Assembly: GCA_002633005.1 (NCBI GenBank)
Contig: NMRA01000069.1
Location: forward strand, 1,036,990 to 1,100,989
Direction: 5' to 3'
DNA from: Phoronis australis
Lineage: Eukaryota > Animalia > Phoronida
Length of the DNA stretch: 64,000 nt
Shown here: in pieces, positions 54,601-64,000 of the stretch
Position numbering within the stretch: the first letter of the stretch is position 1
Layout: the number at the start of each line of letters is the position of its first letter
The notes under the pieces: generated by a model
What the model was told of the DNA's origin: nothing
The model's database searches: none
What the model saw: the letters and a program-made list of their open reading frames with translations, nothing else
Position numbers and translations under genes: made by a program

Positions 54601-55739
54601 TCTAATGCTGTGCTAATCTCGTATGTTGGTAAATTTGTTTTTAATTCTATGTTTCTGTGGTGCTTTAAGCAACTGATGTATAGGATGTGCTTGTATTATG
54701 AAGATCACTCACATTTTGCCCCTAGCCTATTGAGGAGACAATGACCATGCCTTTCCATTTTGCAAAGTACAACATACTACATATATGCCCTCTACTGGCC
54801 ACTTTATGGTACCAATAAACAACCCTAGAAGGATACCGTATGCGGTGCAATTGTGGGCGCATTTCAACGCTCTGCGTTGCTCTTGTTTTGGTCCGTGCAA
54901 CGATGGCTTGTTGCGTGTACTCACTGCAGTTAATGTTTCCTCTAAGTGCAAAAAAGTTATAAGTTTTTGCTAATGGGAGGATTTGAAGTGTGAGCTTAGT
55001 GAAGTGCGCAGATGATCATTTCACGCAATGTCCCTCATGCTCACCTCTTGCTTTTTAGCTGTTTGAATTGAGCCTGTGATCAGCACATGAAATTGTTCCC
55101 CTTTTAATAACTGAAATGGAACTTTTATTGTGGTGATATAGCACGGTTTTCAGAATGAATGTGATGTTATTGTGGTCTTGTCTGAATTAATTCCGCATTA
55201 TCGTGCCTCGTCACCTAGTCCTTAAGTGAGAGTTGGCTTTTATGTGGACGCTTTGTCTGGGGCCTTCTGTGAAAATGACGAAAGTTAGTTACCATACATA
55301 GAAAAATGCAGTATGAAGAGATGGTGAAAAGTCACAAAAATTTTCACAGGATGAATTATAAAAAACCCGACTCATGTTGCGCAAAAAATGTTACAAACAA
55401 ATGTTGCTTAATGTTTACTTTCGTCATAGAAAGTGAAAATATATTGTACAAATACAAGTTATTTACATCAACGTTTTAATTTTCAGACATCCGAGGTTAA
55501 AAAATATTGATAGAAGCAGTGGACAAACTATGGAGGTGACTGTCAATGGTGTTACGGTTGTAGTGACTGACTATAAACTGAAAAAGGAACGTCGGACCAC
55601 TGGCGAAACGTCCAGTGCTAGCCATAGCGGGCCGACATCGCCGCTGGCTAAGGAGGAAATGTCAGACAATAGTGATTCAGTTAGGCTCAGTCATGGCGTG
55701 AAAGACGAACAATTGTCTGGCTCGGAGGATAGCATGTGA
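48685..55739 (+). CDS. YAF2: YAF2/RYBP family protein (RanBP2-type zinc finger plus YAF2_RYBP C-terminal motif), 180 aa, 4 exons
   Basis: Exons 48685-48710 (MEERRSSGR), 51796-51921 ([29 protein letters not shown]), 52527-52664 (KPRINQQIVTIQQVAQQF) and 55487-55739 (PRLKNIDRSSGQTMEVTVNGVTVVVTDYK..*). All introns are phase 2. It is the probable single pro-orthologue of vertebrate RYBP and YAF2. Confidence 0.93.
49024..49686. mobile_element. 663-bp foldback MITE, P-superfamily-like (5'-CACAG termini, 8-bp TSD TCTTGGTG)
   Basis: Near-perfect arms of about 310 bp around a loop of about 43 bp. TCTTGGTG occurs at 49016-23 and 49687-94. Confidence 0.9.
49749..50447. mobile_element. 699-bp foldback MITE of the same family (more diverged), 8-bp TSD GTCCAATC
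   Basis: Same TIR CACAGGCGTCCTCAGCTTCTGAT. GTCCAATC occurs at 49741-48 and 50448-55. Confidence 0.88.
53384..54888 (+). mobile_element. Non-autonomous Helentron-associated element (HINE-like), full copy in YAF2 intron 3
   Basis: 5' subTIR/IR ATGCCCCCACATATTTATATGTGGACGCAT, (GTCC)n, two 450-bp units (starting 53557 and 54007) plus a partial third, then 3' GTGGGCGCAT, hairpin CAACGCTCTGCGTTG and CTCTTGTTTT. Confidence 0.8.
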
Positions 55740-58445
55740 TCTCATATGGCTATAATTAAGGAAGGCACGTGTTGGAGAACTTTTGTGAAACAATGTTGAA
55801 TTGTGTAGCCACCGGACCACAGTAGTTTTACAGAAAAGTTCATGGAATTTCTTCTCGTAGAAATTTTTGAAGCAAAAGTGTCCAGCTCACTTTTGTTGAT
55901 AAATGATTAGTGTTATTTTTTCTTGTTTTCCGAGTTTTAGTCGTAACTTCAATGAAGCCAGGTGAAACTGGACGAAATGTGTGAACTTTTTTAGCAACTA
56001 CTGTACACAGGTAATACGTAGCTGGGCAATAAGTCTACAGAAGGAACGAGATTGTGTGAAAGTCTGTTTTGTATCCAACCATGTATTTTGATGCTCAACA
56101 CACAGAGACATTCAGTATTGAATTAGATATAGTCTGAGTGGAAACCTAGCTCACAAGCTATTGCACCTGGCAGTGTGTAGACGGACTGTGAAGAGATCAG
56201 ATACATGGTGGCGGATCTACATGTAGGATGTCGGAACTGAGGGCCAACCACAATTTTTTAAACATAAATTTTGTGTGGTCCATCAATGCGGCATGTTGTT
56301 CGTGTCTTGAGATGCGTGACCCCTTGGCTTCCCCAAGTCAGCCCCTGCTAGTGTTTTGTATATACATATATGTCCTAGAATAGTGAGACTTTGGCTCTAC
56401 AGCTTTGAGGAAACCATACGTTGCCATGGTAACATTGTTACTAGGATACGCTCAGGCTTTTTTGTGCTCTACATGTCTCTTTGTTCATGAAATGTGCTAC
56501 TGGAACTTCTGCCTATGACGTCAAGGTCTTGTTATTTAAATATCATTCACAGACAGGCTGATCAAAAACATGGCTGACAAACACCATTGTTCATGTTACC
56601 ATTGTCCTGCATTCAAGACATATGACTGGCTTGCCTTAAGTATTAAATGTCAAGGTTTGCTTGCCTGGGAGTGATACCGCGCCACGCAGACAGAGAGTGT
56701 CTAGTTACAGAATGCTTTTTGATCTGGATGTGTCATTGGTCTCGAAAAATTGTGCTTCGTGGCTAATCTTTTCCAAGTCATAATTTTGAACGTTCACCTT
56801 TGAGACTATACCTTCATGAAATTGGAGTCACCGATGAGCAAATAATAGTTATCAACAGCCCCTAGGGGTGGAAACGGTTCCAGGGCCATGCCTCTAAGTT
56901 CCGGCTTTCATTAAGCCCTAGTCCTGGTCCAGAAAACATCAAACTCTTGGTATGAATTCCATACCCTTGCCCTAAACTTCACACGTTCTGAAATAGCTCC
57001 CTGTGACCAATCTCTGTACCTTGTGACCAACTCCAGACTAGAACCATGGGTCCAGATGAAGAGTCTGGTTCCCAACTATGAAGTTTGGCAATTGGGTAGA
57101 GAGAATTTTTAGCTCGCGTGTGGAGTTAATGGGCATGGGTATGGAATACTGTCGTATGGGCTTGGTGCTTGCTTGGCCTTTACTGGTCTGGGACTGGGGA
57201 TTACAGGATCATATCTGGAAGTTAGAGACACAGCCATGGAATCGTTGCTGCACCCTTATTTTTTCTGGGACCGTTTCTGTATCCTGGTATTTTGTTTAAT
57301 ATTTCTGTAATTGTTGTTTTTGCTGCTTTGTATTTCAAGTCTTGTCAGTGCTTTATGCTTATTCAAATGGTAAATTGGTCATTGCTAAAAGTGAGGTGTT
57401 GAACAGTTTGTCAAGTAGGAACAAAACTCCCTAATTTGATCTTCGAAAGTTTGTATCGAGATCACACAACTCTTTGGAAATTTAACCTAGTTCATTCAGA
57501 CACTTTTTCTAAATTGCTCAGTTTTGAAATACAGTGTCTTTTACCATTAAGGGTTTGCATTTTGTTTTAAAGTGTAGAGTTGAGTTGCACAGAAACTGAC
57601 CCCTCCCTAAGGGTTGATAGTTGTTATGATAAAGACATTGTACTCGAAGTCAAATTCAAAATTATTTTTGGTATTCGCTATTTTTATTTGACCTGCGTGA
57701 AGCAATCGAGAGTAATGGGTCAGGAGTGTTATTGTTTACGCTTGTCAGTTTCTAGTCCAAGGTTGCACTGGATGACCCGTACATTTGGTCTACAAACTAC
57801 TAAAAACTTGAAGTTTCGAGTCAGACTCGAACTGTTGGTCTTAATTCTGTGGTCATCGAAGGCAAACTAGATTGGAAAGTTATTCACATAAGCCGTTGTG
57901 TATTCAAACACAGAATAATAGACTATTGTCTTGAGTTTGCACAAAGGTAGAATAGAAAATGCCCCAAATAAGTTTTTAGTTCGATTTCGAGTAAAAGATT
58001 AGATCCAGGTCCCTGGTTGTTGTAGATATCTTGAAGATGCAGCTCGTGAGTTTGGTGCTATAAGGGTGTCTTCAAAATGGTCATGGTTATAACTTTCGCG
58101 GCAATGGTTGTAAAAAGTCCTTGACTATGAACACTAGTTATTGATTTTAATTAAATTTTCAGAAAGTTATGATCATGCCCATGATTTCGAAACTGTTAAA
58201 TATGTGGCAGTTGAAAATGTGTTAGCGGTGTCGGAAATTATTGACAACAAAAATGCACTTTCACGTGAAAATCTGTAAAATTTTGCCTTCATTTAAATCT
58301 GACATAGCTTCAAGGTAGTCTGTTGAATAACTCTTTTCTGCAGAATGAGCCAAAAATGTAACCTTAATGTACTTTACTTGATCTATTATAGGGATGAGTC
58401 TCATTTTTTTGTTAATAAGCAGAACAATGTAATTTGCACCCCCAG

Positions 58446-58645
58446 TGTCCACGGGCGGGTCCAAGATTTTGAGTAATGGGGGGTCAGGGCACAGGAATAA
58501 CCAGTATTTTGCCTCACACACACGCCCAGCTTAAAAGTGTAGGGATGTAGGGGGTCTCGAATTTTTGGATTTTTGGACCTTATTACTAAAAAAAGTTTGT
58601 TCTAGGCCTATGCATTGTGCATTCACCCCCCAAGCCCCTGGGTGC
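58446..58645 (+). mobile_element. GGCGGATCCAG-type interspersed repeat; second copy at 62288-62518
   Basis: Both copies share CCACGGGYGGRTCCARGATTTTGAGT..CAGGGCACAGGAATAACCAG..GTAGGGATGYAGGGGGTCTCGAATTTT..GGCCTATGCATTGT..CCCCTGG. Confidence 0.65.
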
Positions 58646-59533
58646 TAAATAAGTAGATTTACATTGACCCTTATTAGTTGACCTCATTAATTGTTGAATT
58701 GTGCTCAGAAGTAGTGTCAATATTGGAGATCATTGGTATCACATAAAAATTATTTCCTATGGCATATTTTTGGGAAAAATCATTCATAAAAATAGTCTAT
58801 AATCAGAATGGCAATGTTGTTGAACCAACCTTGTAAGTTGTGGTTCTTTGCTTAAATTTTACCTCAATTTTGTATCTCAGATAACTCCTCACTGACCAGT
58901 ATACAATGTGTCCTTGTGAGTGAGACTTGAGCCACACCTACAAGTGAAGCACGGTTTATTATGACTTTTCGATTTGTTAATGTCTGCATTGCACCTCACT
59001 AATATGCAACAATAAAACTTTATTGCATGCAGAATGAGGAATGTTGGAATAATCTCAATGTAAAAGAACGATTAATCTGGCAGATGGGTAAATGTGGAAG
59101 GCCCACAGAGGTCGCTGTGCTATTCATCGCAGTTGATGATTTTGGCTTCTTCCACGTATCGGAGCTGTGTCAGTGTCAGTAATATTGGTACCGCTCTTCT
59201 CCAAATGAGAAGACAGTGATTGGGAAGGAGTCCATGTGAAATTACTAATAGAAATGAATTTTACCTCCAGTGGTGAAGTTAGATTCGAGTCAGTGCTACT
59301 GTGTGCAGTGTTTTTTGCACATGCTATAGGTACGTGAACAGTGGTCCCGCGACGTGTTTGAATCTGTTACTTTGAGTTCAGCATGTATTTGATTTGTTCA
59401 TTTTTATATTTGCATTGTGATGGAAAGCACCTAGGAAATTAAATTGCTGTGAAAATTTGGTGGTGTATTGTCTGAAAAGGCCAAAGAACAAATTAATTGT
59501 TGAATAAAACATTAAAATTAGTTGGTTGAAATG

Positions 59534-59822
59534 TTTTTATGCGCCCACCTACTTACATGTGGGTACACATTGCTGTCATCTTTTTCTGGGCATCCGCGGC
59601 TGTCTCCTAATGCCCTTGCAGGATCTTATTGAAATTTGGCCGACGACGAGTTTTGCACCGACCCGAATACCGCTGTGCCCCCTAATGACAATTTTATTTT
59701 TTTTTACGCTTGCCTCTGTAATTTCTGACTTCCGTGACGGATTTCATGAAATTCGGCAAATACGGAGGCGATGACACCATTTCATTTTCAGACGGATTTG
59801 AGGAATTTGACGCCATCTTTCG
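59534..59822 (+). mobile_element. Diverged 5' fragment of the HINE-like family
   Basis: TTTTTATGCGCCCACC..ATGTGG start, followed by GTGCCCCCTAATGACAATTTTATTTTTTTTACGCTTGCC and CGGATTTCATGAAATT matching the core repeat. Confidence 0.6.
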
Positions 59823-60909
59823 TAGCACTCGGAAAGAGTGTACTCCATATGTTAAAGTTTTAGCCAATCAGAGCACGGAAATAGCAGTGATTGGACAATG
59901 GAGCTTATTTTTGTTGCTACAAAGCATACACGATGTTAGACTCCATCGCCACAATTAATCACCTCCAAACTGATTAGGCCTATCATGATCTCACCCACGG
60001 GGGGGGGGCTCCAAAGAGCCCCCATTTTGCGAAGTGGGCAATAAGATCCGCCTCAAAAAAACAAAAACTCCGACAAAAAGTAGAAAACGAGACAAAAGTC
60101 CACTACAAAGACAGGAACTACCGAAATTCGACGAATTTACAATTGTTGTATCTGAACGTATCGGCCGTGAGTGTTACTACTAAAAAGTGCACATTATCTG
60201 TGACGTCACAGTTATAAAGTTTCTCATAATCTCGCGTTATTGTTATAAACTCGCAAAAGGCCTATTCGAGCTCCCCATTTTTAACCAGGCTGCCCGGGGT
60301 GCGCGCATGCCTATGTGCGACAATGTGTAGATACAAAGTGTTAGTCTGTTAAGTATTAAAATAAAATTATCATAACATAATCATATTTATTCAATTCCAC
60401 CACATATTACACAAGATATTTAAAATAGTAAGAAGACAGACTGCCAGTACGAGGCTCCTTGAAACTGTGGCGTTTCCATCCAGCTGGAATAAAAGAGAAA
60501 ACACATAATTTTGAATTTCCAAATAATGTTGACAGATTCATACATTAAAAATTACACATACAAATTGAACCGAGCATTACGGCGTGTTCCCGTTGCTCCC
60601 AACTTGTTCGATGCTAGAGCCGCCCAAAAACAAGTTGGGAAGTTTACCCCTGTAGCCAATATCTTACACGGACTGGCATTTTTGGTTGGAGGATCAGCTC
60701 TCTTTTGTTCGATAATTGCTCTAATCTCCTATAAGATCAGAGTCTACCCTGACTGGGGTGTGCTGTTCAAAACAAAGGTCAAGTTATAACAGATTTGAAC
60801 ACAAACCAATAACATTTCTGAAATTTTCGTCAAATGGTGATCATATTTAGTTTTTGAATCGCCAAAATCGTTCAACTGCAAACGAATTAACGACAATTTA
60901 TTCTTTCAG

Positions 60910-61320
60910 TTCCGAATACACCAATTCACTCTGAGTTTTATTGTGTTCACACGTGGTCTGTAATAAGCCTGGTAGATAATTGGCCTGCTTGTTGTCATAA
61001 CAGACAAAAGAGTGTGCTTGGCAGTTAACAACGAAGCTAGATGTTATCACACGCTCAGAACCCCTTCGTCTGGTAAAGTCATGTGAACGGGATAACGCTG
61101 TCATGCTTTCCGAACGTACCAATCTCTCGCTTTGGGTTTGACTGTGTTCACATGAGGTCTGTAATGAGCCTGGTAGATAATTGGCCTGCCTGTTGTCATA
61201 CCCGGCCAGACAAAAGACTGTGTTTGACGGTTAACAAAGAAGCTAGAAGATGTTATCACACGCTCACAACCCTTTACGTCTGTGGTAAAGTCACTGAAGG
61301 AAGTGAACGCCGTCACGACA
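60910..61320. repeat. Two diverged ~200-bp tandem units
   Basis: TGTGTTCACA..GGTCTGTAATRAGCCTGGTAGATAATTGGCCTGC..GATGTTATCACACGCTCA occurs twice. Confidence 0.8.
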
Positions 61321-61921
61321 ATCGGCCTCTTTTTTCATGTCGAACCCGACCCACGTGACCCACGCGTGGTGCTCGCAGATAGTGAGACTATTTCAACTTT
61401 AAACTGATGACCTCAAAAAAGCACATCTGGTTCAGATAAAATACTGTAACCGTTGTCAATCTTCAAATGCGTACGTTTGAAAACTCACACTCTGTTCAGT
61501 CGTCAAGCGTCATTAAAGTTTTCGCCGAGCAATCAGTCAGTTGACGGACTGAACCGCAAGATACACGTCGTCGTTATTCAAGAAGAATGCATTTTTTTAT
61601 TGAAAATGTGTTATCACAGTTATTTCTCGGGTTCAGGTACCAACAGCGAAAAAGTAAGAAGCCGAGTTCATTTTGGTTGCAGCCTACTCAATGATTGAAA
61701 CTTGGAAGTATCATGTAACTATGTCACAATCAATTTGACAATCCTTGAAATTGATTGACCGCGACCTTGTGGGAATAATGTCTTAAACCACCATTTGTGT
61801 CCGGTACCCCATTGTTTGATTTTCTAGAATCGTTGACGTTAGCTAAGGAAACACCCTTACTCCACAGTTAACTTAGTGAAACGGATCATAAATTGTTCAG
61901 GCCCTACTTACATCCTCAGAG

Positions 61922-63456
61922 TCACTTGCATTTATTGCACTGTTTAGCATCTTTGGGCAACTGTTTACCCTTGCACTTGGAGTTGTATGGCCAATCACAA
62001 ACGCACACGGCCGGGTTAAAGGTCGTGCCAGCGGGGCAACAGTGGTAACCGAAGTTGCCGTTGCTCATGTCCTCCTGTTTGAAGCACGTGCAGTCTCTTG
62101 ACGATATGGTGTACTTGTTTCCGTGACTCTTGCAAGACAAACCGTCTGGAGTCACACTGCCTGTGGATTAGCACACTCGGTTTGAAACATATAAAGATAA
62201 TGCATGAGTATGTAAATGTTGAATCTACGTGGAAAGCTAACATTTTAGGTTTTGTCTACTACTCCTGTTGGTCACATCACATGATGTACCACGGGTGGAT
62301 CCAGGATTTTGAGTTGGGGGTGAGGGGCAGGGCACAGGAATAACCAGAATTTCGGCAGATGCGCGCGCCCAGCCTAAAATGTAGGGATGCAGGGGTCTCG
62401 AATTTTCAGGTTTGCGGACCTTGTGACTAAAACAAAAAGAAAAAAAGAAAAAAACATGGTTTGTTCAGGGCCTATGCATTGTTTATTCATCCCCGAGCCC
62501 CCCTGGTTGCGCGCATGTACTAGTCAGCAAATACGCACCCGAACTGCCAAACGATATCTGGTAGAATTTTAGGGGGTGGGGGGCATGGCCCCCTTGGCCC
62601 CCCTAAATCCGCCATGTGTACTATAATGAACATAAGTATGAAAATATTTCTTCCCTCACCGGGACTCGAAGACGGATTTCTGTGTTCCACCAGCGGTCCC
62701 CATCGCTCAGTGGACTAGAGTGCATCTGCACTGTTAGCAGAAGGTCCCGCATGTTCGAGTCCCGGCTGGGACAGAAATCTTTTCAGACGTATAACCATTA
62801 GGTCACGAAATATGAGCAACAGGTAACGTGCAGACAAGATGATTGGAAGATAATAGCAAAACTAAAACTTCACGATGTTCATTAGGCGGTTGCTGTACGG
62901 GTCCTATAGCGTGAACGCCAAGATAGGCCTACTTTTACTTAATCAGAATAAATTTTGCATTGGGAGGAAATACAAAAGCGACTACATGGAGTACGATAGG
63001 TTTCAAGAAAGTTGACTTCCCACTGGACCTCAATCCTCCTGTGATCAAATCTCACATTTAATTCGAACATGGGTTTCAAAAGCTCTCTCAGTGAGTTCCT
63101 GGTGTAAGAGTAAGAGCGATCGCCATTGTCCAAGAGCGGTAAAATATGAAAAACGCGTTCCGGCAAATTTGAACTTCAAAATAATTCCATCATACAGTAC
63201 AGAGACAAATTTTAAACGTTCCATTACTTACCGTCAGTTGGATTGACGCCACCTGGACATATGTTTGCCTTCGATCCCTTGCACTCAAAATTCCACGGAT
63301 AATCGCACACGCACACCGCTGGGTTAAACTTCAGGCCAGCAGGGCATCTGTGGTAGCCGTTGTTTCCATTGGTTAAATCCTTTTGGTGGAAGCACGTGCA
63401 GTCATTGTTGGAGATCGTGTACCTGTTGTTTCTGCGTTCACACCAGCCATCGCCAA
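61922..63456 (-). CDS. Last two coding exons of a chitin-binding (peritrophin-A/CBM14-like) repeat protein; 5' end lies outside the window
   Basis: Exon 63456-63232 (phase 1-1: WCERRNNRYTISNNDCTCF..CPAGLKFNPAVCVCDYPWNFEC) and exon 62160-61922 (SCKSHGNKYTISSRDCTCF..CCPAGTTFNPAVCVCDWPYNSKC..*). Both carry the CPxGxxFN..CDWP signature. Confidence 0.8.
62288..62518 (+). mobile_element. GGCGGATCCAG-type repeat, copy 2
   Basis: Aligns with 58446-58645. A related terminus CCCCCTAAATCCGCCATG follows at about 62598-62616. Confidence 0.6.
62633..62835 (+). mobile_element. tRNA-derived element with inverted B-box arms
   Basis: A-box-like TCGCTCAGTGG (62703) and B-box GTTCGAGTCCC (62753). The segment 62633-62675 is an inverted copy of 62747-62791. 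Confidence 0.65.
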
Positions 63457-64000
63457 CTGGAAAAAAATGAGCCAGACTCGTTAATGAAGCAATTAAAAAA
63501 AACAGTGATCCAAGCTTCAACATTTATAAGACAGAACCTAGGACAGGCTGTGGCCTATATATGTTTTCGTAGCTATAAATTAATGTGAAATTACTTTGCA
63601 GAATGAATGACGTGGAAAAATGTTAGCTCACGTATTTGGATTTGTTTCGGACTTCGATTCCAATTCTATCCATGAAATAGGATTGATGTACAAATCACAT
63701 TTCAACAATATGTAAACTGCGCTGACGGTGTGTTGTCGTGGTACTGATTATTATGTACACTGTCAACAAGTTTTGGCCTATCGTGACGTGGAATTAACTT
63801 CCGGAGTGAAAAAATCTAGATGCAACCGTTTACATGAGCTATCCCGTTTATGGTTTGCGCGATAAGACATATTTCCAAATCATGACTGATATATATATAG
63901 GATTTATTTCAAACATAAATACCATTTGTACCAGATGTAAATACAACAACCGTTGGATACAAATAAATAGACAATAAACAATAAATAGAATTATTGTTTT

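Noticed and set aside
54192-54744. ORFs inside the HINE-like elements (also 16384-17458)
   Set aside because: No Rep/helicase or transposase motifs; these are chance frames in repetitive non-coding DNA.
56420-56433. Perfect RFX X-box GTTGCCATGGTAAC
   Set aside because: It lies in the presumed YAF2 3' UTR, far from any promoter seen here; a single motif is not evidence of function.
62695-62770. Genuine tRNA gene
   Set aside because: A/B boxes are present, but the acceptor and anticodon stems do not pair cleanly and the sequence continues into a dispersed repeat body.

Overview
This is an AT-rich animal genomic window with GT-AG introns. The repeat types and gene content suggest an invertebrate, probably a lophotrochozoan, but the taxon cannot be fixed from sequence alone. 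Four complete spliced genes were reconstructed by hand with phase-consistent exons: a PTP-PEST/PTPN12-like tyrosine phosphatase (-, 12 exons), CDPF1 (+, 3 exons), tafazzin (-, 7 exons) and YAF2/RYBP (+, 4 exons). They form two tight head-to-head pairs, PTPN12<>CDPF1 and TAFAZZIN<>YAF2. The last two coding exons of a peritrophin-A/CBM14-like chitin-binding gene lie at the right end, and the tail of another gene may lie at the left end. The introns carry several mobile elements: two near-identical 1.5-kb Helentron-type (HINE/DINE-like) elements, three P-superfamily-like foldback MITEs with perfect 8-bp TSDs, tRNA-derived elements and an RNase H-bearing non-LTR fragment. Two duplications joined by a single N are probably haplotype assembly artefacts. 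The most notable observation is that each HINE-like element is an array of CTCF-consensus-like motifs spaced about 145-160 bp apart. The two copies are convergently oriented around both bidirectional promoters; any function is inference only. No prokaryote-type system (CRISPR, operon) is present.
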